A program made the translations under genes and the position numbers. From a virus: a stretch of 64,000 nt of DNA. The number at the start of each line of letters is the position of its first letter. The stretch's first letter is position 1. The stretch covers positions 1 through 64,000 of the IMG/VR virus record IMGVR_UViG_3300045971_000431; one strand, written 5' to 3'. Below are positions 48,604 through 57,474 of the stretch, piece by piece. Below the pieces are notes generated by a model. That model did no database searches. It was not told where the DNA came from and was given only the letters and a program-made list of their open reading frames with translations.

Positions 48604-48824
48604 GTGAGATACTCCGGGTGAAAGATGATGGTGAGCGGCTTCCCGAGGTGGTCATGCTCGATTGTCTCCTTGCACAACATGTCGACTGTCGCACCGAAAT
48701 CGGTGGCGATCACTTCATCGGCAGGAATGTGCTCAAGGTACACGCCGTGAAAACCTTCGCGCGTGTGGAGACTACGAAACGCACATTCAAACGCTTGACG
48801 TTGGATGGTCGTGAGACGGTTCAT
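48597..48824 (-). CDS. Hypothetical early protein
   Basis: Follows TAGAAT promoter ~48858-48900. Confidence 0.55.
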   Translation of the reverse strand: MNRLTTIQRQAFECAFRSLHTREGFHGVYLEHIPADEVIATDFGATVDMLCKETIEHDHLGKPLTIIFHPEYLTC

Positions 48825-48914
48825 TTGAACGGGAAAGGCCTTGGTTGCGATAGAGTAATTCTATCACAACCAAGGCCCGAGATGTAGATCAGTGTGTAAC
48901 TGACCTGGCGTTCG

Positions 48915-49568
48915 TTACACCGGTAGGATTGTCCAGCAGTCTGTGACCTTGCCAGTGGTGACATTGGCGAACCACTCGTAGCCGAACCAGCAGTAGCCTT
49001 CTTGGCCGAAACCGGTGCCGAACGAGTTCCGAACGAGGACCATCTGGGTGGCGTCATCGAAGCCGCAGGCGACCATGCAGTGGCTTCCGATCCAGCGAGT
49101 TGTAGCTGCAATGCCTGGCTGAACGCCTGAGTACTTCGTCACCGAAGCGAAGGTGTCAGGCACCATGAGCGCGAACAGAACAGGCAGGCCCTGTGTTAGG
49201 GCAGTCTTCATTGCAGCGAAGGACTGCACTGACTGGTAGGCCTTGATCTTGGTGCGCAGTGGTTGAGCCACGTTGTAGGCATTGGCATCAGGCTTCGTGA
49301 CGATCTTGGTCGTGTCATACGGCCATGCGGTCTCAGCAGGAGCACCATACTGGGAGAGGCCCTTCATGGCGTTTCGTGGCTGGCAACCGAAATCGCCGCC
49401 AGTCTGGTTCGCATACGAGCGTGCATTCCAGTACACGAACAGGCGTGACAGATCGGAGACGCCAAGAACGGCTTCAACGACTGAGGTGGCAGCATGGGCG
49501 ACGCACGAATTTGGCAGGCCTTGTTGTTCGATTGGACCGAACTTTGCGCGGAGATCTACTGAAGCCAT
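48915..49568 (-). CDS. Papain-family (C1A) cysteine protease, mature domain
   Basis: VDLR, QQG..NSCVAHA, GSHCMV, RNSFG..FG..GY. Confidence 0.9.
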   Translation of the reverse strand: MASVDLRAKFGPIEQQGLPNSCVAHAATSVVEAVLGVSDLSRLFVYWNARSYANQTGGDFGCQPRNAMKGLSQYGAPAETAWPYDTTKIVTKPDANAYNVAQPLRTKIKAYQSVQSFAAMKTALTQGLPVLFALMVPDTFASVTKYSGVQPGIAATTRWIGSHCMVACGFDDATQMVLVRNSFGTGFGQEGYCWFGYEWFANVTTGKVTDCWTILPV

Positions 49569-49569
49569 T

Positions 49570-49719
49570 TCACTTCTCCCCAGTGAAGATCTGGTCGCGC
49601 GGGTCGGCGACATCCTTGATCACGCCCGCGAAGACTTGATCGACTACTTGCTCTACGGCCTTCTCAGCAATCTTCTTTCCGAAGAGGCTGAGGAGCCAAT
49701 TGATGAACGCTTGCCACAT
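49570..49719 (-). CDS. 49-aa peptide resembling a C1A propeptide
   Basis: Manual translation MWQAFINWLLSLFGKK...GVIKDVADPRDQIFTGEK. Confidence 0.6.
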   Translation of the reverse strand: MWQAFINWLLSLFGKKIAEKAVEQVVDQVFAGVIKDVADPRDQIFTGEK

Positions 49720-49742
49720 GAAATGGTCTCCCTGAAATGGAT

Positions 49743-49763
49743 GAAGGACCCCGAGGGTCCTTC
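49743..49763 (-). terminator. Hairpin after PEP-CTERM genes
   Basis: GAAGGACCC-CGA-GGGTCCTTC. Confidence 0.5.
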
Positions 49764-49786
49764 TATTTATGCTGATGGAACCTGAG

Positions 49787-50020
49787 TTACTGTGGGCGAC
49801 GGCGACGATGGAGCATCGTCAACGCAGCCACACCAGCCACAAACAGCGACAGCGTGCCTGGTTCCGGCACTGGTGGGGGCGGCGGTTCAGCCACGGCCAG
49901 GATCGTGATCGCCGAGCAGAGTGCCATGCCTTCGAATGACGTCGAGTCACACGGAGGGGCGATCGATGCTTGAGCAGCCGAAGCCGCCAGAAGCATCAGA
50001 ACGAGCAGCGACTTCTTCAT
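49787..50020 (-). CDS. Small PEP-CTERM protein
   Basis: Signal peptide; VPEPGTLSLFVAGVAALTMLHRRRR. Confidence 0.85.
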   Translation of the reverse strand: MKKSLLVLMLLAASAAQASIAPPCDSTSFEGMALCSAITILAVAEPPPPPVPEPGTLSLFVAGVAALTMLHRRRRPQ

Positions 50021-50023
50021 CGC

Positions 50024-50809
50024 TCAGGCCTTGCGTGCGCGACGAGCTGCACCAGTGAGACCAACCAGACCGATGAGCGCGAGCGCCAGTGAAGAAGGCT
50101 CCGGAACCGTGGTCACATCGCAGCTGTTCGTCAGTTCGCAACCGCTACCTGGCAGGATGCTGACGCTCATGAACGACTGATGCAGCGGCTTGCTTGCATA
50201 CGTGTCGTTGAATGCTGTGAGGGTAGCCCAGTTCGCGCCGATTGCGGCACCGCCGGCCAGAAGACTGTTCGCTTCTGTCTTGGCGCTGTTGAACGCTGCA
50301 ACTTGGCCAGAATCCCACGAGTACAGCGCGCCCGCGGTAAAGTTTCCGCCAGACAGGTTGCCTGGAGCAGTGTCATACAGCGTTTCCCAGACGGCGAGTT
50401 GGAGTGCAACTGAGTCGGTCGTGGTGCCTTGTACGTCACCATTCTGGTTCAGCAGGCCTTGGGTGAAGGCATACGTGAACATCTTGCCGAGGGCCGTGCC
50501 GGCAGCAACTGCAGGAAAGCTGTCCTGGATGTACGTGATGCCTGTACCGAACGGAGCTGCACTGGTGTACAGGTCGGTGCAGAACACAGTGTACGGAATG
50601 TCATCGAAACCAGCGGTGCCACCGACCGGCAAGAACGTTGCTGACAGAGCGCCAACACCAGCAGAGACGTTCGGTTCACCGGTTTGAACCAGCTTGCCTG
50701 CGAGAGCACCAGTGCTGAACCCGTTCAGGGTCAGGGTACCAGTGACTGGGCCAGCAGACGCGGTGAATGCGGCGACTGCCAGTGCGATTGCGGAGAGAAT
50801 ACGCTTCAT
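50024..50809 (-). CDS. PEP-CTERM protein with thioester-like domain
   Basis: Signal peptide; FCTDL...ALQLAVWE; VPEPSSLALALIGLVGLTGAARR. Confidence 0.9.
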   Translation of the reverse strand: MKRILSAIALAVAAFTASAGPVTGTLTLNGFSTGALAGKLVQTGEPNVSAGVGALSATFLPVGGTAGFDDIPYTVFCTDLYTSAAPFGTGITYIQDSFPAVAAGTALGKMFTYAFTQGLLNQNGDVQGTTTDSVALQLAVWETLYDTAPGNLSGGNFTAGALYSWDSGQVAAFNSAKTEANSLLAGGAAIGANWATLTAFNDTYASKPLHQSFMSVSILPGSGCELTNSCDVTTVPEPSSLALALIGLVGLTGAARRARKA

Positions 50810-50968
50810 GGTGAAGACCTTTTCTGTGGTAGATGAGGGGTGCGAAATGCACGGATCAAGAACCCGCAGTGCAACGGCGGTCAGCGTCGATCGCCTCACG
50901 GCGATATCGTCCATCTCATTGCGAGATGTCCGCGGCAATTCTATTGTCCTGTGGACAGGATCTGCTGC

Positions 50969-50976
50969 TATTTATA
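50969..50976 (-). promoter_or_regulatory. Late promoter TATAAATA for PEP-CTERM operon
   Basis: Exact consensus. Confidence 0.65.
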
Positions 50977-51218
50977 CATTCTAAGCCCACAGGCACCCAC
51001 GTGTTAACCTTGTGCAGGTTGAACCGGTTCCACATAGACCGAGAATCTCATGCCCTGGGCGAGGTACTTGATGCGCACCTCCATCACCCTGAACTTCACC
51101 AGACCATCCACGATCAGGTCGTCTTTACGAGGAACGAACGGCACCGCGTCGGTCTGACTGGTCTGGAGAACGTCGTCGCCCATCAGGACGCAGACTTCGT
51201 AGATGCCGTTTGCCATGA

Positions 51219-51680
51219 TCAGAAGTGCGGGTTCTGTTCGGACACAATGCCATCCACCATCCACCAGGTGCCGCCGACCATGCGCCATCCGCCGGATTCC
51301 TTGTAGCGGTTGAAGGTCTTGCCGCCGTCGGTCGTAACGCGCCAGCCCTTGGTGATGCGGATGATCTTGCCGCAGGGGTAGTAGTCGCCGTTGAAGCCGT
51401 AGGAGACTTCATCGCCGAGACGGGGAGCCGCAACGACGGTGTAGCGCGGGTAGTGGCCGGGACCAGCATCGCAACCGAGGTAGGCTGCACCCTTCATCGC
51501 GGTCAGGTACTTGGCCATCGAATCGGCATCGGCCTTGTTCTCGAAATCGCGAGCGCTGATCCAGCCGTTGGCATCCACCAACAGGGTAGTGCGCAGCTTG
51601 GCCCAGATGTTGGGGCCGCAGCCGGGATGGGTCTCGGAGGTTTCGACTGGGAGTCCGTTTTCGAGTCGGATGTAAAGCAT
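51219..51680 (-). CDS. Conserved early hypothetical protein
   Basis: GDEVSYGFNGDYYPCG; promoter ~51709-51746. Confidence 0.65.
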   Translation of the reverse strand: MLYIRLENGLPVETSETHPGCGPNIWAKLRTTLLVDANGWISARDFENKADADSMAKYLTAMKGAAYLGCDAGPGHYPRYTVVAAPRLGDEVSYGFNGDYYPCGKIIRITKGWRVTTDGGKTFNRYKESGGWRMVGGTWWMVDGIVSEQNPHF

Positions 51681-51740
51681 CTGAAGCTCCATTGGGTGTA
51701 TGTTGCAATTATACACTGCAACCTGCGCCCGTGCAAACTG

Positions 51741-52154
51741 TTACATCTTGTTGCAGGCTTGGTGGTAGAGTAAGACTTCCATGGACATTGCTTGAATCTC
51801 CCATGGATGTTCAAGCCACGGGGTCTTCTCAAAGTCGACGATCTTGCCCATCCAGGATCGTAGGCCACCCTCGAGGATCTTCATGGCTCCTCGAATGAAC
51901 TGCTTCACGTGGATCATCTCATGGGCGAGGGTGCGACCGATGTTGTCAAGAGACATGGAAGACTGCAACACGATCCAGTAGAGGTTGCCAAACTGCATCG
52001 TGATGCCATCGGCGCCGTACTCAGATCGAACGTCCTTTCGGAGGGTGATGAGGAGCAACGCTTTCGAACCAACGATCCTCAGCTCACGCGCTACCGCGTT
52101 TGCAAAGCGCTCGATGGACTTCTTGTTTCGTTTGGCCTGTACCTCGATTAGCAT
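51741..52154 (-). CDS. Zinc metallopeptidase-like protein
   Basis: LAHEMIHVKQ...PWEIQA. Confidence 0.8.
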   Translation of the reverse strand: MLIEVQAKRNKKSIERFANAVARELRIVGSKALLLITLRKDVRSEYGADGITMQFGNLYWIVLQSSMSLDNIGRTLAHEMIHVKQFIRGAMKILEGGLRSWMGKIVDFEKTPWLEHPWEIQAMSMEVLLYHQACNKM

Positions 52155-52402
52155 CAGACACGCCGCTTCTTCCAGTCGTAGGCAACGCCGTCAGGGCACT
52201 TGCCATCGACGATGGAGTCGACGCCGGGCTTGCCTACGCTGTCAGGGTTGTCGACAGACATGCAGACATGGGTGGCACTGATCGTGCGCAGGTGCTGCAT
52301 GCGGTCAAGAGCCTTGGACATCTCGTCCATGCCGAAGTACTCGGCTTGTGGCCAGCGGTCGCCAGCAGGGTCCGGCTTGTGATAGTAGATAACGATTGAC
52401 AT
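52154..52402 (-). CDS. Hypothetical early protein (leaderless)
   Basis: ATG 7 nt after TATAAT. Confidence 0.65.
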   Translation of the reverse strand: MSIVIYYHKPDPAGDRWPQAEYFGMDEMSKALDRMQHLRTISATHVCMSVDNPDSVGKPGVDSIVDGKCPDGVAYDWKKRRV

Positions 52403-52454
52403 AGGACCAATTATACACTGATCCTACTACAATTGTTGCTCTTTACAACCTGTT

Positions 52455-52488
52455 ACTTGTTGAACCTAGGGGTCTAGGTTCAACAAGT
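52455..52488. terminator. 15-bp perfect inverted repeat
   Basis: ACTTGTTGAACCTAG-GGGT-CTAGGTTCAACAAGT after tail fibre gene. Confidence 0.6.
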
Positions 52489-52506
52489 CGACTGGACGGG
52501 CGGTTC

Positions 52507-54963
52507 TTAGAGAGCTGCGATCACGAATGCGAGCAGTTCCTCGTATCGAATACCGAGGCGAGTAACCAGTGTAGCTCCTGCAGTTTCTGCTGGTACAGTC
52601 TCGCCATTCAGCGTGTACCAAGTGTCCTCGCAGAACAAGCCGTAATCGTTGGCATTCAATCCAGCAGCAGTAAATGCAGCCTGGACGTCTTGAGCAATCA
52701 CACCCACGTGAATGCGAGCTGCAGCACCCTTGGCAGCAACAGCATCCTTGAACTTGAAACGGCGGATAAGACCCTTGATTGCCGTTGCAACCTGAAGCTC
52801 CGCGGCTGACAAGGTAAGAACCTGCTCTTTCAGGTTTGCATCAGACGTATTGATTACGCTTGAGGAAGCATAGATAGAGCCCCAACGATATGACATGCTT
52901 CCAAGGCTTGCCATACCATCCATCACTGGCGTCAATGAGGATTCAATTTTGGTATTGCCCCATATCGTAGTGCTCGTGGAGTCAATTGAAATCTTCTTTG
53001 CATTACTAGCTCTGATGTAAACGCCACCTGAGTATGACGACGACAGCACAAGACTACCAGACATACCGCAGTCCATTACGGATCCGCTAGAATACCCAAC
53101 GTATGCATCGCTCATACCTGAGAGTGTCATTGATAGATAACCAATGCGCAATGCAGCATTTGTGCCACTCGACATTCCCATCGCGCTCATCGTACCAATT
53201 GCGATGCCCGAAGAACCCGTTCCGCTGTATGAGCCGTCAAGATACAGTTGAGCATTATCCATGGACATTGATGATCCAAGTTTAATGCTGCCGCTTCCGG
53301 TGTTGCCACTGCTTGAAAAGATTGTGGCTCCCATATAAGAGAAGGTCTGGTTACTTGTCCAAGTGTTCGAAGCAGTCAGACTGGCGCCACCACTAGACGC
53401 ATTTTGCCAAGACGGAGAACTTGAAAGTCCACCTGAAGTCAGTACTTGGCCAGAATTACCTGCACTGCCATTTATTACAAAAAGTGCGTTGGATGAGAAA
53501 GTCAAAGAATTGCTATTGATTGTGAGGCCACCGAAGCAACTCGTTGCTCCACTTACCGAGAGCGAAGTCAAGGTGCCAACAGAATTCAGTGACGAGGCGG
53601 TGACATTGGAAGCCAATGTCGTGCCGGTCAAAGTGCCGGCGGCCGCGGTAGGCGTTAACCATGTAGGAGAAGCTGATGTACCTCTCGAGGTAAGCACTTC
53701 GCCGGCAACACCAGCCGTGGTTCCTGTGTTAGCGGCGTTTTTCAAAAATAGTTGACTAATTGCCAAGCTCAAATTAGTGCAAGCTAGCTCGATAGTGGCT
53801 GCGGTGTTGCTACTAGGTGTACGGAATGCGGTAAACCATGTACTTGAAGTGTTCAATGCGTCATTGGCGAACTTAAAGCTTACTTGACCAGTAGTCGTCT
53901 GGTCAATAACCATAAGCTTGGTATTAGCAGCAGCACCGGAATTTGACAGCCATAGCGACGGAAGGCCACTAGGGGTACCGGCATAAACACCAGTTGTGCC
54001 AATCGTTGCGCTCGGGACCAGTGATGCTGTGGCGGTCAATGTTGTAACTGCAGTCGTTGGTGTCGTCCACGTAGGAGTAGCACCAGCGCCAGCAGAAGTA
54101 AGCACTTGACCAGATGTACCGGCAGAGGCACCAACTTGCAGTGGTGATGAAGCACCAGCCAAGTTGAGAGCACCAGTCTGTGTGTGGGTGCCGCTAACGG
54201 CAAGTGAGCCGAGCGTGCCTACTGAAGTCAGTGATGAGCCAGTGACACTGGCAGCAAGTGTAGTACCTGTCAGCGTTGAAGCATTGACAGAGTTGCCACC
54301 CAACTGGGCGAACGTCATCGCTTGGGTGCCGACTGCAGAAATAGTGGCAGTTTGTGTCCAAGTGGTGTCGCTATTGACCGTGCCGTCAGTGGTATACACT
54401 GCAGCGCCGTTGACTTCACCAACGTCAGGTGATCCGTCCATATCAGCAGCACGCGTCCATGCGCCCGCTGCAACAACGTAGACACCATTCTGTGTAGCTG
54501 TCGTTTGGTTCTTCGCCAACACTCGGTCACCAGCAACAAGAGCTACGCCGTCAACTGTCTGTGTGCCTGACAGCGTGATATTGGCGGTGGTAGTTGCACG
54601 TACTGCATTCTTCCAAGAGAGACCTTGCACCAAACTGTCAACATACGACTTCGTAGTCAGGTGAACAGAAGACGTTGGGTCTGCTGCAACCACATTACCG
54701 GTCACGGTAAGTGAGCCGAGGGTGCCAACGGATGTCAACGATGACGAAACGACATTCGTGGCGAGAGTTGTGCCGAGCAATGTAGCTGCATCTGCTGCTC
54801 CAGCTGAAACCCAGGCAGTGCCGCTGTAGACATACAGCGTACTATCAGTTGCTCTGAAAAACAACTCGCCGGCGTTAGCGATCAGTGGAAAAGACGTACC
54901 GGTTTCAACCGATGCGTTAGAAATTGAAGAACCTTCGACGAGACTGATGCCGTCATAAAGCAT
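52507..54963 (-). CDS. Tail fibre protein with C-terminal intramolecular chaperone (S74)
   Basis: TSDANLK cleavage motif, GVIAQDV, GIRYEEL; internal repeats; TATAAATA at 54991-54998. Confidence 0.9.
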   Translation of the reverse strand: MLYDGISLVEGSSISNASVETGTSFPLIANAGELFFRATDSTLYVYSGTAWVSAGAADAATLLGTTLATNVVSSSLTSVGTLGSLTVTGNVVAADPTSSVHLTTKSYVDSLVQGLSWKNAVRATTTANITLSGTQTVDGVALVAGDRVLAKNQTTATQNGVYVVAAGAWTRAADMDGSPDVGEVNGAAVYTTDGTVNSDTTWTQTATISAVGTQAMTFAQLGGNSVNASTLTGTTLAASVTGSSLTSVGTLGSLAVSGTHTQTGALNLAGASSPLQVGASAGTSGQVLTSAGAGATPTWTTPTTAVTTLTATASLVPSATIGTTGVYAGTPSGLPSLWLSNSGAAANTKLMVIDQTTTGQVSFKFANDALNTSSTWFTAFRTPSSNTAATIELACTNLSLAISQLFLKNAANTGTTAGVAGEVLTSRGTSASPTWLTPTAAAGTLTGTTLASNVTASSLNSVGTLTSLSVSGATSCFGGLTINSNSLTFSSNALFVINGSAGNSGQVLTSGGLSSSPSWQNASSGGASLTASNTWTSNQTFSYMGATIFSSSGNTGSGSIKLGSSMSMDNAQLYLDGSYSGTGSSGIAIGTMSAMGMSSGTNAALRIGYLSMTLSGMSDAYVGYSSGSVMDCGMSGSLVLSSSYSGGVYIRASNAKKISIDSTSTTIWGNTKIESSLTPVMDGMASLGSMSYRWGSIYASSSVINTSDANLKEQVLTLSAAELQVATAIKGLIRRFKFKDAVAAKGAAARIHVGVIAQDVQAAFTAAGLNANDYGLFCEDTWYTLNGETVPAETAGATLVTRLGIRYEELLAFVIAAL

Positions 54964-55009
54964 GGTGATACCTCCAGTGATTAACGGAGGTATTTATAGA
55001 AAGTCACCT

Positions 55010-56539
55010 CTAGGCCAGGAACGGAACTGGATCATCCCCGAACTGATCAGCCTCGTCTGCAGGGTTGACATACTCGTTGACCTGCTTGAAGGCTTCGTCA
55101 TTCCACTCGGACAGTCGCTTCAAGAGGCGGATGATGCCGACGGTAGCCATCACAGCATCGTCGGTGCTACCTGCCTTGGCCTCGTAGGAACCGCCCTTGG
55201 CCACGAAGTTCTTCAGTTCATAGAGCAGCAACTCGGAGTTGATGTTCAGGCCGTTCTTCACCTTCTCGATCAGCTGCTTCAACTGCAAGCAGGCCAGGAT
55301 CTTGGTGCGGCCAGTGGTGTAGACACCCAGCTTGCCAACAATATCACAGAACAGCTCAGCATGTTCAGGCTGCTTCTCGTCGTTCTGGTAGAGCGCAGAG
55401 ACTGCCTCACCGATACCGTTCCGTTCGAATGTCCACAGCACCTCAGCACGTCCGCGTCCTGCGTAGCCACTCAGCTTCTGGATGATCCACTTCAGCTTCG
55501 CGTAGAGGAGTGGGATGTTCACGTCATTGGTACGGTACTCAGCAATCTGATTGAGCTGTGGGAAGTCGAACACCTCGATGACCGAGAAGTCCTTGCCAGA
55601 TCCGGTTGCAGGGTCGCATGAAACCATGTACGTCTTCTGACCGCCACCGAGAGATTCATCAGGCACCCAGAACTTGAAGCCCATGTCCTCATGGTGCGCA
55701 GGTATACCCTTAAGCTGGTGGATCTTCAGCGAGTTGATCAGCATAGCGTCTGACGATAGGAACTCGCAGCCAACTTCCTGGCGGCACTTCAACAATCCGA
55801 GCTGACCGACCATCAAGTCCCAGTATGCGTCGCTACGTTCTGGGTGTTCACGCCAATGCACCTCGAATGGCTTGTAGCCATTCGTGCCACCCATGGCACC
55901 GCGCCACAGCTGAGCGAAGAGTTCAGTGTCGCCGTTTGGCGTAGACGAAATGATGGCTGAACCGCCAGTAGACAACGTTGGTGTTAACGAAGCCCACAGC
56001 TCTTCCTGAATCCGCGGCGAGATGAAGGCCAATTCGTCAAGGTAGATCTTGGTGATTGCAAGACCCCGGCCCGTCTTCTCAGTCGTGGCTTCAGAGATGA
56101 TCCGCGTGCCGTTGTCGAATTCAATATTGTGGCGATTGTAGTATTTGACGCCGCACTTGATCCATGTTGGTAACTGTTCGTAAGCGAACCGAATACGGGC
56201 GGCGATCTCAAGGGCGTGGGACTGGTTCTTCGAGGCGATCAGCAGCGTGCTGTCCTTGTTGAACATGCCGTACCACAAGAGATACATGGCTGCGGTGAGG
56301 GTCTTACCACACTGTCGAGGTTGCAGTGTGCAGACGAAACGGTTCTCCTGCATGCAGCGAACGAACCGTTCTTGGTAGTCGTACAGATCAAACGGGATGG
56401 TGCCCTTGGTCGGGTGCTGCACCATGATGTACTTGCGCATGAAGTGGACCGGGTCCTTCTGACACCGGGCCAACTCCTGAATCATTTGCGGCGTGTATTC
56501 ATCCGTCGCAAATGCCCGCTTGATTTGGGTGTTTTTCAC
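55010..56539 (-). CDS. Terminase large subunit (gp17-like)
   Basis: RQCGKT, YLDE, STPNG, DPATG..KD, DDAVMA. Confidence 0.95.
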   Translation of the reverse strand: MKNTQIKRAFATDEYTPQMIQELARCQKDPVHFMRKYIMVQHPTKGTIPFDLYDYQERFVRCMQENRFVCTLQPRQCGKTLTAAMYLLWYGMFNKDSTLLIASKNQSHALEIAARIRFAYEQLPTWIKCGVKYYNRHNIEFDNGTRIISEATTEKTGRGLAITKIYLDELAFISPRIQEELWASLTPTLSTGGSAIISSTPNGDTELFAQLWRGAMGGTNGYKPFEVHWREHPERSDAYWDLMVGQLGLLKCRQEVGCEFLSSDAMLINSLKIHQLKGIPAHHEDMGFKFWVPDESLGGGQKTYMVSCDPATGSGKDFSVIEVFDFPQLNQIAEYRTNDVNIPLLYAKLKWIIQKLSGYAGRGRAEVLWTFERNGIGEAVSALYQNDEKQPEHAELFCDIVGKLGVYTTGRTKILACLQLKQLIEKVKNGLNINSELLLYELKNFVAKGGSYEAKAGSTDDAVMATVGIIRLLKRLSEWNDEAFKQVNEYVNPADEADQFGDDPVPFLA

Positions 56540-57426
56540 CGAGTGAACTCACACATGTATTCGCGGTTGAACGCCTCTTGGCCAATCATGCTGCGACGTT
56601 CCATTGCCCACATCTCGTCAGCCCATGGTACCATTGACCACGAGATGTTGACAGGAACGAAGGCCAAACCGCCACGAAGTGAAGCACCCTTTGATGCCAT
56701 CTCCCAGAGCGCCTTAAATGGGTTCTCTGGCAGCCCCTCACCCTGACATGCAGGAGTAGAAGCAATCACGAGCTTGGTGTTACCGCCATACAAGCAAGGG
56801 CCGAAGTTCATGGCCATCTCTTGGTACGGGCCGTATGGCATATGCGCTGCTTGGTCGACGTAGAGCAGTGATACCGAAAGACCACGCCCAGCGTGTGCAG
56901 AGCAGGCAGAAAAACGGATGCTTGATCCATTGTGGAATTCGATGCATTGACGGTTGAAGTACCTGATATCGCAACGCAACCAAGATGGCAGTGCATCATG
57001 CATCTGCTTAATGCGTTTACGCATTTCCACACCAAAGTCAAACTTCGGCACGATGACCAGTGAGGTGCGATTGCTCTGGAACATGGCATCCCACAAAATG
57101 TAGGCGAGCATCAGAGTCGTGGTGCCCATCTGGCGTGCATGCTTGCAGACGATCTTGCGGTGATGCGGGTTGTGGACTGCGTCGAGCATCTGGCGCTGGC
57201 CCTCATAGAGCTTCATGTCAACTTGACCATGAACTGGATGCATCACCTTGACGTATTTCTCGATGAAGTAGGCAGGATCCTGCATGCAGCGCACCAGCTC
57301 GCCCTTCTCTTTTTCGGTGTAGACGTGTTCCAACGGATACACACGGCCTGGGCTGGACTTGATGGAACCTTGGATGCTGACGTCAGCAACAGCTTGTGTC
57401 TTGGCGCGCTTGGATAGGATCAACAT
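56536..57426 (-). CDS. TerL ATPase-domain paralog with degenerate Walker motifs
   Basis: RQMGTT, YVDQ, ASTP; ends at REYMCEF, no nuclease domain; TAAATA at 57455-57460. Confidence 0.85.
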   Translation of the reverse strand: MLILSKRAKTQAVADVSIQGSIKSSPGRVYPLEHVYTEKEKGELVRCMQDPAYFIEKYVKVMHPVHGQVDMKLYEGQRQMLDAVHNPHHRKIVCKHARQMGTTTLMLAYILWDAMFQSNRTSLVIVPKFDFGVEMRKRIKQMHDALPSWLRCDIRYFNRQCIEFHNGSSIRFSACSAHAGRGLSVSLLYVDQAAHMPYGPYQEMAMNFGPCLYGGNTKLVIASTPACQGEGLPENPFKALWEMASKGASLRGGLAFVPVNISWSMVPWADEMWAMERRSMIGQEAFNREYMCEFTR

Positions 57427-57474
57427 TGGAGAAGTCTCCTTGAAGTGGATCCTGTATTTACTTCTCGGCGGGGG

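Noticed and set aside
50810-50965. Firm c-di-GMP-I riboswitch call
   Set aside because: GACGC is followed by TGACC rather than the expected AAAGC and the 5' GGCAAA-like motif is missing; kept only as an unassigned structured leader
55010-57426. Intron- or intein-split terminase
   Set aside because: The downstream gene already has complete ATPase and nuclease domains; the upstream gene is a duplicate domain, not an exon
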